From: Gammaproteobacteria bacterium
GTDB lineage: Bacteria > Pseudomonadota > Gammaproteobacteria > Ga0077536
Direction of reading: 5' to 3'
Assembly (NCBI GenBank): GCA_030429865.1
Contig: JAUIFX010000002.1
Location: 1 to 62,903 of the forward strand
Length of the DNA: 62,903 nt
The notes below the pieces were generated by a model. The model ran no database searches. It worked only from the letters and a program-made list of their open reading frames with translations, and was not told where the DNA came from. Positions 30,557 to 40,118 of this stretch are shown piece after piece (the stretch's first letter is position 1; every line of letters starts with the position of its first letter). Position numbers and translations under genes: made by a program.

Positions 30557-32121
30557 GCGGCGCGCGCGAGGCCATGCAGGCCGCGCTCGATGCGCGGCGC
30601 GAACCGTTCGACGTCGCCGTCATCGGCGGCGGCGCGAACGGCGCCGGCATCGCGCTCGACTGCGCCAGCCGCGGTTACAGCGTCGCCCTGTTCGAACGCG
30701 ATGAATTCGCGGCCGGCACCTCGTCCCGCTCGAGCAAGTTGATCCACGGCGGTCTGCGCTACGTCGGCCTGGGACAATGGGGGCTGGTGCGCGAAGCCCT
30801 CGCCGAGCGCGCCCGGCTGATCGCGAATGCGCCGGCGATCGTCGCCCCCTTGGGTTTCGTCGTGCCCTTGTACGGCTTCATCGATGCGCTCAAGTTCCCG
30901 CTCGGACTGTGGCTCTACGACCGCCTCGCCGGCAGCGCCCGCCTCACCCCGAGCCGCCGCATCGACCGCGACAGCGCGCTGGGCCGCGCGCCCGGACTGG
31001 TGCGCGACGCGCTGCGCGGCGCGGCCTGCTACAGCGACGCCGGTTTCGACGATGCGCGCCTGGTGCAGGCCCTGCTCGCACGCGCCCGCGCACTCGGCGC
31101 CGTGACGCTCAACCACGCCGAAGTGGTGGGCCTCGAACGCGCTCGCGGCGCGCGCCTCGACGGCGTCACCGTGCGCGATCGCGAAACCGGTGCCACCCGC
31201 GAGATCGCCGCGCGTGTCGTCATCAACGCGGCCGGTCCCTGGAGCGACCGGGTCCGCGGCCTCGGCGAACGCACACGCACGGCCGGCGTGACGCCCAGCC
31301 AGGGCACGCACGTCGTCGTGCCGGCACGCTTTCTCGGTGGTACGGACGCGCTGGTGTTTCCGCACACCCCCGACGGCCGCATCATGTTCGCGATTCCCTG
31401 GCAGGGCCACACCCTGCTCGGCACCACCGACACCGCCGTCGAACTGCAAGCGGACAATCCGCGCCCGCTGGCGCGCGAGGTCGACGAGATCCTCGCCGTC
31501 GCCGCGCGCTACCTCGACCCGGCGCCGACCCGCGCCGACGTGCTGAGCGTGTTCGCCGGCCTGCGCCCGCTGGCCGGTGCCCCCGACGGCGCAGGCACCG
31601 CGCAGCGCTCGCGCGAGCATCGTCTCGACGTCGGCGCGGACGGCCTGGTCACGGTGAGCGGCGGCAAGTGGACGACTTACCGGCTGATCGCCGAGCAGGC
31701 CGTCGACCTGGCCGCCGAGTCCGCCGGGCTGCCGGCGCGCCCGGCACGCACGGCGACGCTCGCGATCGCACCGCTGGCGGCCAACGTCGACCCGCGCTAT
31801 GCCGCCTACGGCGAAGACGCGCACGCCGTCGCCGCCATCGCCGCGGCCGATCCCGAACTCGCCGTGCCGCTGCACGAGAAGCTGCCCGGCACCGGCGCCG
31901 ACTACGTGTGGGCCGCGCGCGGCGCACTCGCGGTGCACGTCAGCGATGCGCTCGCCTACCATACCCGCGCGCTGTTCCTCGATGCCGCCGCCGCGTCCGC
32001 CATCGCGCCGCGCGTGGCCGGCCTGCTTGCCGCCGAGCTCGGCCATGGTGCCGAGTGGATCGCGCGCGAGACAGCCGCGGCACAAGCGGCGGCGGCGGCG
32101 TTCTTACCAGGCGAGACGTGA
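30553..32121 (+). CDS. glpD: FAD-dependent glycerol-3-phosphate dehydrogenase
   Basis: [32 protein letters not shown]. The ATG overlaps the glpK stop (ATGA). Confidence 0.9.
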   Translation: MSGAREAMQAALDARREPFDVAVIGGGANGAGIALDCASRGYSVALFERDEFAAGTSSRSSKLIHGGLRYVGLGQWGLVREALAERARLIANAPAIVAPLGFVVPLYGFIDALKFPLGLWLYDRLAGSARLTPSRRIDRDSALGRAPGLVRDALRGAACYSDAGFDDARLVQALLARARALGAVTLNHAEVVGLERARGARLDGVTVRDRETGATREIAARVVINAAGPWSDRVRGLGERTRTAGVTPSQGTHVVVPARFLGGTDALVFPHTPDGRIMFAIPWQGHTLLGTTDTAVELQADNPRPLAREVDEILAVAARYLDPAPTRADVLSVFAGLRPLAGAPDGAGTAQRSREHRLDVGADGLVTVSGGKWTTYRLIAEQAVDLAAESAGLPARPARTATLAIAPLAANVDPRYAAYGEDAHAVAAIAAADPELAVPLHEKLPGTGADYVWAARGALAVHVSDALAYHTRALFLDAAAASAIAPRVAGLLAAELGHGAEWIARETAAAQAAAAAFLPGET

Positions 32122-32147
32122 CCCGCGGCATCGCGCCGTGCCGCGGG
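32122..32147 (+). terminator. stem-loop immediately after glpD
   Basis: cccgcggca-tcgcgccg-tgccgcggg gives a perfect 9-bp stem starting 1 nt after the TGA. No U-tract. Confidence 0.35.
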
Positions 32148-32224
32148 CAGCCGGAACCGCGCGGCGTATCAGCAGCGGGCCGCTGTCGCGACGACCGGGC
32201 GCGGTCGGCAACGTGGCAAGCACC

Positions 32225-33151
32225 CTACTCCCACTCGAGCTCGCGAAACGCGCGGCTGACGTTGACCGCGTGGGCGCGGCCGGTCAGCGCGAAACCCGCA
32301 CGCGCCTCGCGCGCGATGTCCTCGCGCGCATCCTCGATGAACGCTCCCGCGGCGATCGCTGCGCGCGTGTCGTCGCGCAGCGCTTCGAGGTAGACGAGCT
32401 GGGCGTCGGCGCCGCGCGGCCAGTCGTGATCGACCGGCCCGTGGCCGGGTACGACGTGGGCGTAGTCCACCGCCCGCGCCTGCTGCATCCAGGCGAGCCA
32501 GCCTTTGAGGCTGCCGTCGACAATCGGCAGGCGGTCGCGGAACAGCAGGTCACCCGTCCACAGCGTGTTAGTCGCGACGTCGTGCACGGTGAGATCGGTC
32601 GTGGTATGCGCCCGCCCGACCGCGCGCAGCACCAGCGTGCGGCCCCCCAGGTCGAGTTCGAGACTGTCTTCGACGAGCTGCTCCGGACCGATCACGAGCG
32701 CTTCGTTGCCGGGACCACCGAGTTCCTCGGCGAAGTGCTCGGCGAAGTACGCGCGGTTGGCGGTCATGGCCTCGGCCAGTTCGTGGTGACCGGTGAAACG
32801 CGCCTCGCCGCCAGCGAACGCGGCGTTGCCGAGCACGTGGTCGAAGTGGACATGGGTGTTGATGACGTAGCACACCGCGGCGTTGCCCGTCGCGGCGATG
32901 GCCGCGGCCAGGGCATGGCCGGTCGCCACGGCGCCACCGCTGTCGATGACCGCGGCGCAGCGCTCGCCGACGACGAAGCCGATGTTGGCGCTGTCGGCTC
33001 GCGCCGGCGACTCCAGCCCGGCGAGCGCGCCCTGGTGTACGTAGACGCCCGGGGCAATCTCGCTGACCGTGAACGACGCCCCTGACGCGGCTGCGCCCGG
33101 CGCCACGGCGAGCGCCAGCGCGGCGGCGAGATGACGGATGGTGGCGGACAT
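32225..33151 (-). CDS. MBL-fold metallo-hydrolase, exported
   Basis: THVHFDH zinc motif. Signal peptide MSATIRHLAAALALAVAPGAAAS. PGHG further on. Confidence 0.8.
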   Translation of the reverse strand: MSATIRHLAAALALAVAPGAAASGASFTVSEIAPGVYVHQGALAGLESPARADSANIGFVVGERCAAVIDSGGAVATGHALAAAIAATGNAAVCYVINTHVHFDHVLGNAAFAGGEARFTGHHELAEAMTANRAYFAEHFAEELGGPGNEALVIGPEQLVEDSLELDLGGRTLVLRAVGRAHTTTDLTVHDVATNTLWTGDLLFRDRLPIVDGSLKGWLAWMQQARAVDYAHVVPGHGPVDHDWPRGADAQLVYLEALRDDTRAAIAAGAFIEDAREDIAREARAGFALTGRAHAVNVSRAFRELEWE

Positions 33152-33237
33152 GCGGGGACTCCGGGCAGGGCGGCAAGCACTGATCATAGCCACCGATCAT
33201 AGCCGCCGCCGCGCGCTCGCGCAGCGCGTCCGGACCG

Positions 33238-34095
33238 TCAGCTGTTGGCGACGTGGGCGAGCCCGCCGGCGCCGGAGTCGCGTGCGCGCGCGAGGTTGCC
33301 GTAGAGATGGGCGAGGATGTCGCGGCCGTCGACGGTGGTCTCGAGCAGGGCCACGGCGGCACCGATGTAGGGCGCGACGTGACGCTCGAAGAAGTCGGGG
33401 TAGCCGGACAGCAGGTCACCCGGGCGCTCGTAGCCGGTGAGCTCGTTGAAGCCGATTTCCTCGAATTCGAAGAACACCGCCGAAAGCTTGTTCAGGTAGC
33501 GCGGATCGCTGAGCTGCCCGATCAGGTCCGCGGCCCGGACCAGGCCCGGGTAATCGTCGATCTGCACGTACCAGGCGTCGGCCGGCACGGGGAAGCGCGT
33601 GCGCTCGATGCAGGCCTTGATGAAACCGACGTCGGCGAGCGGCTCGCGGGTGAAGGCCTCCTCGACGAAGCGCTTGCCGCGGTTGACGTGAATCGGCATC
33701 AGGATGGCGTCGCTGGAACCGTCGACGTTGCGCATCGGCGGGCCGTCGCCACCCGTTGCGATGTGATGCTCGGTATCGGCACGGCACAGGCCGCGCACGT
33801 AACCGATGTCGTGGCACAACAGCGCGATGATCATGTTCGCCCACAGCGTCGGCGTGACGTCACCGTCGCGCAGCTGCCGGGCGCGCGCGATCTCGAGCCC
33901 GACGAGCGTCACGTGGGCGGTGTGCTCGATGTTGTGGTAGAGCGCGTCGCTGCCGCTGATCGCCGAGAGCGCACCTTCCACGGCACGGCCGACGACGCCC
34001 AGCACGTGCGCCGGCGCGCCCGGATACAGGGCGCGATAGTGCGTCGCCGCCCGTTCGTTGACGATACCGGTGAGGACCTGTGTGACGTCTAACAT
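33238..34095 (-). CDS. HD-domain metal-dependent phosphohydrolase family protein
   Basis: YHNIEHTAHV ... LLCHDIGY (H...HD). Confidence 0.65.
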   Translation of the reverse strand: MLDVTQVLTGIVNERAATHYRALYPGAPAHVLGVVGRAVEGALSAISGSDALYHNIEHTAHVTLVGLEIARARQLRDGDVTPTLWANMIIALLCHDIGYVRGLCRADTEHHIATGGDGPPMRNVDGSSDAILMPIHVNRGKRFVEEAFTREPLADVGFIKACIERTRFPVPADAWYVQIDDYPGLVRAADLIGQLSDPRYLNKLSAVFFEFEEIGFNELTGYERPGDLLSGYPDFFERHVAPYIGAAVALLETTVDGRDILAHLYGNLARARDSGAGGLAHVANS

Positions 34096-34243
34096 GTCCG
34101 GGTCTCGTCAGGCTCGCAGTGGGTGCCCCACGGCGCGCCCCGGGCGCCCCGTGCAGCAGGTCAGGAAAATCAGTATATGCAGGCCATTTCGGGCTGTGAG
34201 TTTAAAGCGGCCGATTTGTGACGGACTTGAACTGGCGGACACC

Positions 34244-37200
34244 TCAGGCGGTGCCGGCGGCGGCGGGTGCCGGCGCCCCGCGGCCCCGGCGCCAGCCCAT
34301 CAGCAGGCGATAGCTCATCGGCACCATGACCAGGGTGAGCGCGGTGGAGAACGTCAGCCCCCACACGATGGCCGTCGCCATCGGCCCCCAGATGAACGAT
34401 TCGCCGGCCAGTCCCGCCGCCAGCGAGAACAGGCCCGCGACCGTCGTGGCAGAGGTGATGAGGATGGGCACAACGCGGCGGCGGGCCGCGTAGATTGTGG
34501 CGTGATTGAGGCTCATCCCGTTCTCCAGGCGCGCGTTTGCGGCCGATATCAGCACGATCGACGCATTTACCGCAATCCCGGCCAGCGCAACCATGCCATA
34601 GATGGTGTACAGGCTGAGCGGGTTGCCGGTCACCAGCAGCCCGAGTACGACGCCGGTGAACGCCAGCGGCACGGTGCAGAGGATCAGCAGCGGCTGCAGG
34701 TAACTGCGGAACTGGGTGCCGAGGATGATGTACATCAGGCCGACACCGAGCACGAACAGCAGCGTGATGGCGTCGAGCGACTCCTCGATATCGTCGAGCT
34801 CGCCGGAAAAATCGATGTCGACATTGGCGTGCTGCGGCGCCATGCGCTGCCATTGTTCGGCGATCAGCCGGTTGGCGGTGACGGTATCGATGGCGGCGTC
34901 GTCGATATCCGCCTCCAGCGTCACCGCGCGGCGGTAATCGTGGTGGCGGACGTTGTAACGGCTCGCACCCGGTGCATGCTCGAGCAGCTGGCCGAGCGCC
35001 ATCGCGCCGCCGCCCGGCAGCGCCACGGTCTGGCGCAACAGTTCACTGATGTCGCCGAGTTCGTCGCCGGCGGCGCGCACACGCACGCGTACCTCTTCGC
35101 CGCGGTGCTGGAACTCGGTCACGATCTCGCCGTCGACGAACAGGCTGACCGCGCGGTTGATGGTCGTCGGCAAGACCCCGGCGCGCTTGATGGCCTCGCC
35201 GTCATGGCGTAGCACGAGCTCGGGATTGCCCGGCCGGTAATCGGTCACGACGTCCCGGTAGACGGGGTTGCTCTCGAGGAAAGCGCGCAGCCGCCCGACC
35301 ACTTCGAGGATCGCGTCGAAGTCGTCACCGCGCACCTTGAGCTTGACCGGCCGGTCCGTCGGTGGACCGTCCTTGAGGCGCAGCAGCCAGACCTTCTTCG
35401 GACCCGGGTAGTCGGCGATCGCCGCTTCGACCGCATCGGCAACCTCGAACACGTGCCGATCACCAGGCCGCGCGGGCTTGAGACTGATCAGCACCTGGCC
35501 CATGACGTCACCGAACATCTGCTCGGTCTCGGTGAACATCTGCCCGGCGTAGGCGAGCGAACCGCGCAGGGTGTCCGGCTCGATCACCGCCCGCGCGCGG
35601 CGTTCGATGTCGACCAGCGCGCGCGAGGTCACGGCCAGCGGCGTGCCGGGCGGCATCTCGACGCTGATGTAGAACAAGCGCACGGCATCGCCCTGGAAGA
35701 AATTGACCCGCACGAGCCCGGAGGCAAGCGTACCGCCGGCGACGGCGAACGCGAGCAGCACCAGCGATAGCGCCAGCCATGGCCGGCGCAGGGCGCGCAC
35801 CAGCAGGCGCGTGTACTTCAGGCGCAGCCAGTGATTGAAGCGCTGGCGCCACGGATGCAGGCGCGAGGGACGGCGGAAGTCGACGCGGAACGCGACGACG
35901 TGCGCAGGCAGCATCCAGTAGGCCTCGAGCAGGCTGAGCACGAGCGCGGTGCATACGACGAGGGGAATGACGCGCATGAACTCGCCGAGCACGCCGGGCA
36001 GCAGCGCGAGCGGCAGGAACGCGGCCACCGTGGTCAGTACCGAGGTCGTGACCGGCGCGAATACCTCGCGCAGGCCACCGAGCGCGGCGGCGAGCGGCGC
36101 GGCTCCGTCGAGCAGCCGCTGGTAGACGGACTCCACCACCACCACCGCGTCGTCGACCAGCATGCCGAGCGCGATGACCACGCCGAGCAGCACGGTGTTG
36201 TTGACCGTCATGCCGGCGAGATTGAGCACGATGAAGGTCGCCGCGAGGGTGAACGGAATGCCGACACTGGTCAGCAGGGCGATGCGCGAACCGAGGAACA
36301 CCCAGGTCACCAGCAGGACGCAGGCGAGGCCGATGGCGGCGTTGGTCTGCATCAGGTCGAGCGCCTCGCGCGTGCTCACCGTCTGGTCGTCGACCAGGAA
36401 CAGGCGCACACCGGTCTGCGCGGCGAGTGCGTTGCGCGAGGCAATGTAGTCCTGCAGCGTGGCGACGAGATCGATGACGTTGGCGTCTTCCTCCTTGGTG
36501 ACCGCGAGCATGGTCGCGGGACGCCCGTCGAAGGTGACGAGTTCCTCGAGTTCCTCGGTGGTGAAAGAGATCTCGGCGAGTTGGCCGAGTTCGACCACGC
36601 CGCTCGCGGTCGTCACCGGCAGGCGCGCGAGGCGTTCGGGATCGGCCGAGGTGCCGGCGATGCGGACCAGCCAGCGGCCGCCCTGGGTGGCGACATCGCC
36701 GGCCGAGACGTCACGGAAGTAACCACGCACGGTGTCGGCGAGGTCGGCCGGGGTGATTCCCAGCCCGTGCAGGCGTTCGGGGCGGAAGGCGATCAGGAGT
36801 TCCGGACGCGGCAGCCCGACCGCGTTGATGGCATCGACGCCGGGCAGTGCCTCGATGTCGCGCTTCACGTAACGCGCCTGGCGGCGAAGGTTGTCGTCGC
36901 GGCCTTCGCCGTAGACCGCGACCATCGCGGTCGGGAACCAGGTCGAGGACGTCAGTTCGTAGAAGATCGGATCCTCGGCTTCTTCCGGCAACTGGTCGTT
37001 GTAGGCGTTCTGTACCTCGCGGCGCAGATCGATCACGCGCTTGTCGTACGTCGCGTCGTCGATGTAGTCGAAGCGCACGATGATGTTCGACACGCCCTCG
37101 CGCGAGGTGCTCGAGACGAAGTCGATGTCGCGCACCGACCGCTGGATCACTTCCTCGATCGGATCGGTCACGCGCTTCTCGACGTCCTCCGCCGCGGCGC

Positions 37201-37357
37201 CGGGCAGGTAGGTGATGATGTTGACCCAGTTGAGCTTGATGTCCGGGTCCTTGGCACGCGGCATCTGCAGGTAGGATGCGGCCCCGAGCACGAGCACCAG
37301 CGCGAACACCAGGTTCGCGAGCACGTGGTTGGACAACAGCGCCGTGAGCAGGCGCAT
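34244..37357 (-). CDS. RND efflux transporter permease (AcrB family)
   Basis: 1037 aa with a 12-TM pattern and two large loops. N-terminus MRLLTALLSNHVLANLVF. The ATG shares one base with the adaptor stop (TGATG). Confidence 0.9.
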   Translation of the reverse strand: MRLLTALLSNHVLANLVFALVLVLGAASYLQMPRAKDPDIKLNWVNIITYLPGAAAEDVEKRVTDPIEEVIQRSVRDIDFVSSTSREGVSNIIVRFDYIDDATYDKRVIDLRREVQNAYNDQLPEEAEDPIFYELTSSTWFPTAMVAVYGEGRDDNLRRQARYVKRDIEALPGVDAINAVGLPRPELLIAFRPERLHGLGITPADLADTVRGYFRDVSAGDVATQGGRWLVRIAGTSADPERLARLPVTTASGVVELGQLAEISFTTEELEELVTFDGRPATMLAVTKEEDANVIDLVATLQDYIASRNALAAQTGVRLFLVDDQTVSTREALDLMQTNAAIGLACVLLVTWVFLGSRIALLTSVGIPFTLAATFIVLNLAGMTVNNTVLLGVVIALGMLVDDAVVVVESVYQRLLDGAAPLAAALGGLREVFAPVTTSVLTTVAAFLPLALLPGVLGEFMRVIPLVVCTALVLSLLEAYWMLPAHVVAFRVDFRRPSRLHPWRQRFNHWLRLKYTRLLVRALRRPWLALSLVLLAFAVAGGTLASGLVRVNFFQGDAVRLFYISVEMPPGTPLAVTSRALVDIERRARAVIEPDTLRGSLAYAGQMFTETEQMFGDVMGQVLISLKPARPGDRHVFEVADAVEAAIADYPGPKKVWLLRLKDGPPTDRPVKLKVRGDDFDAILEVVGRLRAFLESNPVYRDVVTDYRPGNPELVLRHDGEAIKRAGVLPTTINRAVSLFVDGEIVTEFQHRGEEVRVRVRAAGDELGDISELLRQTVALPGGGAMALGQLLEHAPGASRYNVRHHDYRRAVTLEADIDDAAIDTVTANRLIAEQWQRMAPQHANVDIDFSGELDDIEESLDAITLLFVLGVGLMYIILGTQFRSYLQPLLILCTVPLAFTGVVLGLLVTGNPLSLYTIYGMVALAGIAVNASIVLISAANARLENGMSLNHATIYAARRRVVPILITSATTVAGLFSLAAGLAGESFIWGPMATAIVWGLTFSTALTLVMVPMSYRLLMGWRRGRGAPAPAAAGTA

Positions 37358-38364
37358 CAGTCGTCGAGCAGCGTGACGCTGTCGCCGTCGTTGAGGCCGT
37401 ACTGCCCCTCGACGACGATCGTCGCCGCGTCCGGCAGCGCGACCGCGCTGGGCCGCCCGGCCTGTGCCGCGGGCAGGGCCGTGAAGCGCGCGCGCCCGTC
37501 GGCGACGACGAACAGGCCGAGCGCCTCACCGCGCTGCACCAGGACGCTCCCGGGCACGTGTGGCCGCGCATCGCGCCATTCGAGTTCCCCCGCGGTGCCG
37601 CTCAAGGGGTGGGCGCCGGTGAAGCGCAGCCGCAGCTCGCGGGTGCGCGTGGCGGTCGTGATCGCGGCGACCGCGACCCGCAGGCTGACCGCGTAACGCC
37701 GGCCACCGGCGACGAAATCGAGCGAGGTGGCCGCCTCGATGGCAGCGACGTCGTCGGCGCCGACCTGTGCCGAGAGCTCGATGTCGTCGAGATCGATCAC
37801 CCGCGCCACGGCTTCGCCAACCGCGGTGTACTGGCCGAGCGGCGCGAGGCGCTCGAGCAGCGCGGCGCGATACGGACTTCTCACGACGCAGCGGCTGACC
37901 GCGACCTCGTCGCGTTCGATGCGTGCGCGCGCCCCGGCGATCTGTGCCCGCGCCACGGCGCGCTCGGCGCTGCGCTCGTCGAGCACCTCGGCGGCGAGCG
38001 ATTGCCGCGCGGCGAGCTCGCGTGCGCGCTCGAGACGCCGCTCGGCGAGTTCGAGCCGCGCCTCGAGTTCGGCCAGGTCGGCGCGCGCCGCGGCGAGTTC
38101 GAGCTGGTAATCGCGGCAGTCGAGCCGCGCAATCGTGGCCCCCTCCTCGACGACGTCACCGACCGCGGGCGGGAACGCGACGATGCGCGCGGCGAGTTCG
38201 GCGCTGAGCTCCGCCTCGCTGCCGCTGACCACGGTGGCCGGCGCCGTATGTGCAGGGTAGACGGCGATGGCATCGAGGCGGGCGGTGCGCACGGGCGTCG
38301 CCCCGGCCGCGAACACGGATTGGGCCAAGACGGCGAGCAGGCCGGCGAGGAGCACGGGCAACAT
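37357..38364 (-). CDS. RND efflux periplasmic adaptor (HlyD/MFP family)
   Basis: Signal peptide MLPVLLAGLLAVLAQSVFA, a coiled-coil hairpin rich in A/E/R/L, and beta-barrel segments. Confidence 0.8.
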   Translation of the reverse strand: MLPVLLAGLLAVLAQSVFAAGATPVRTARLDAIAVYPAHTAPATVVSGSEAELSAELAARIVAFPPAVGDVVEEGATIARLDCRDYQLELAAARADLAELEARLELAERRLERARELAARQSLAAEVLDERSAERAVARAQIAGARARIERDEVAVSRCVVRSPYRAALLERLAPLGQYTAVGEAVARVIDLDDIELSAQVGADDVAAIEAATSLDFVAGGRRYAVSLRVAVAAITTATRTRELRLRFTGAHPLSGTAGELEWRDARPHVPGSVLVQRGEALGLFVVADGRARFTALPAAQAGRPSAVALPDAATIVVEGQYGLNDGDSVTLLDD

Positions 38365-38509
38365 GGTCGGAACGGGTCTCGTTATGGCTGCAGGAATGCC
38401 GCCGCACGGATGGTGACAGCCGTGCCGTGCACGGCACGATCGTGCGGCCGGGCACGGCCGCGTCGGGCCGCGGCAGGCGTCGGCAAGTGTACACGCAGCG
38501 AAGCGCCGC

Positions 38510-39643
38510 TCATTCTCCCACGCGACCCGGCAGCGCCGCGCGGCGTGCGGGCCGGGCGAGCACGGCGGCGGCCCGGGTGAACACCTCGCGCGGCACGCCG
38601 AGCGCCGCCTTGATGGCGATGTCGCGATCGAGCGGGTTGTCGAGCATGGCCGCGTAGCGCAACTCGGCCAGCGGTGCCCGCCCGAGTTGCCACCAGGCCC
38701 ACACGAGCGGGAAGAACTGCAGCGGCCAGTCGCTGCCATGCATGAGCCGCGCGACGAGGGCGGGCCGCTCGAGGGCGCGCGGCAGGAAACCGAGCTTGTT
38801 GACCTGGGTCAGGCTCGATTCCTCGGTGTAGAGATTGGCGTGGCGCTCGAACATCGGCAGCAGCCGCTCGAAGTTGCCTTCACCGCCGTTTTCACCCGTC
38901 GTCGCCACATGCGCGGCGATCACGCGGACGCCGGCGGCAAGCGGCCGCGCGAGGCGGCGTGGGTCACCGAGGCGATTGTCGGCGTGGTGAAACGCGTTCT
39001 CGTCGCCGACGTGCACGAGCAGCGGCAGATCGAGCGCGACGAGGCGCGCGTAGAAGGCATCCAACGCCGGGTCGGCCGGATCGATGTGCATGATCGCGGG
39101 AATCCACTTCACCAGCACCGCGCCGTCGGCGGCCGCGCGGTCGAGGCGCGCGAGCGCATCTTCGCGGTAGGGATTGATGCTCGCGCCGAACGCGAACTCG
39201 GCGTGTTGCCGGGCCAGCCCGGCAATGTACTCGTTGGGCACGTAAACCTGGGTCGCGGCGCGATCGATCGCGCCGTCGGCGCCGATCACGCCGTCGAGCG
39301 CGAGCAGCACGGCCCGTTCCACGTAGCGCGAGTCGCGAATCAGGTCACGCAGGCGCAGCGCCGTGATGGTATCGCCGTGCGCCGCCATCTCCCGCGCATC
39401 GGTGCCGAAAGCGCGCAGGTAAAACGCGAACTTGTAACTCGCGACCAGGTCGTCGGAGACGAAGCATCCCGCACAGCCCTCGCCGAGCCCGGCGGTGTGC
39501 GCGTGCATGTCGAGGACCGAGCCATGTGGCGGTAGCGTCGTCGGCGCGCGCGGTTCGACCATGGCAATGCTTAGTGTGAGCAGCACGATCGCGAGCGCGC
39601 CGAGCGCGGTAGCGAGGCCGAGCGCACGCAGCACGGCGCGCAT
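38510..39643 (-). CDS. amidohydrolase family protein with N-terminal membrane anchor/signal
   Basis: MRAVLRALGLATALGALAIVLLTLSIAMV followed by LDMHAHT (HxH metal motif), later VHVGDE and HGSDWP. Confidence 0.7.
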   Translation of the reverse strand: MRAVLRALGLATALGALAIVLLTLSIAMVEPRAPTTLPPHGSVLDMHAHTAGLGEGCAGCFVSDDLVASYKFAFYLRAFGTDAREMAAHGDTITALRLRDLIRDSRYVERAVLLALDGVIGADGAIDRAATQVYVPNEYIAGLARQHAEFAFGASINPYREDALARLDRAAADGAVLVKWIPAIMHIDPADPALDAFYARLVALDLPLLVHVGDENAFHHADNRLGDPRRLARPLAAGVRVIAAHVATTGENGGEGNFERLLPMFERHANLYTEESSLTQVNKLGFLPRALERPALVARLMHGSDWPLQFFPLVWAWWQLGRAPLAELRYAAMLDNPLDRDIAIKAALGVPREVFTRAAAVLARPARRAALPGRVGE

Positions 39644-39731
39644 TACGCGGGCAGGTCCGCGGCCGTGGTAGCGATGCCGCCAGGACGTGCCGGCATCACC
39701 GTGCGGCTCCCGTTGTGGTCACGGCCGTAGC

Positions 39732-40118
39732 TCAGATCTCCGCGTCGATCGCGCGGAAGGTCTCCTGGACGAGCTTGAAGCCGTGGTTCGCCGCCGGCAC
39801 GCCGCAGTACACCGCCGCGTGCAGCAGCAACTCGCGGATCTCCTCGCGGGTGAGTCCGTTGTTGAGCGCGCCGCGCACGTGCAGCACGAATTCGTCGTCC
39901 CGGCCGAGCGCGAGCAGCATGGCGAGCGTGAGGAAGCTGCGCGTGCGGCGGTCGAGCCCGTCGCGCTGCCAGATGTCACCCCAGGCATAGCGGGTGATGA
40001 GATCGTGGAAATCGGCGTTGAAGGTATTACGGTTGGCCTCGGCCCGTTTGACGTGCCCTTCGCCTAGTACCGCTCTGCGCGTGGCCATACCGGCCGCGCG
40101 GCGCTGCTCGTCATCCAT
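39732..40118 (-). CDS. pcaC: 4-carboxymuconolactone decarboxylase
   Basis: 128 aa. FHDLITRYAWGDIWQRDGLDRRTRSFLTLAML...ELLLHAAVYCGVPAA (CMD family). Overlaps the pcaB 3' end by 8 nt. Confidence 0.85.
   Translation of the reverse strand: MDDEQRRAAGMATRRAVLGEGHVKRAEANRNTFNADFHDLITRYAWGDIWQRDGLDRRTRSFLTLAMLLALGRDDEFVLHVRGALNNGLTREEIRELLLHAAVYCGVPAANHGFKLVQETFRAIDAEI

Noticed and set aside
29045-32085. 484-aa and 711-aa minus-strand ORFs
   Set aside because: They are antisense shadows of glpK and glpD, with no motifs and low-complexity R/A/G content.
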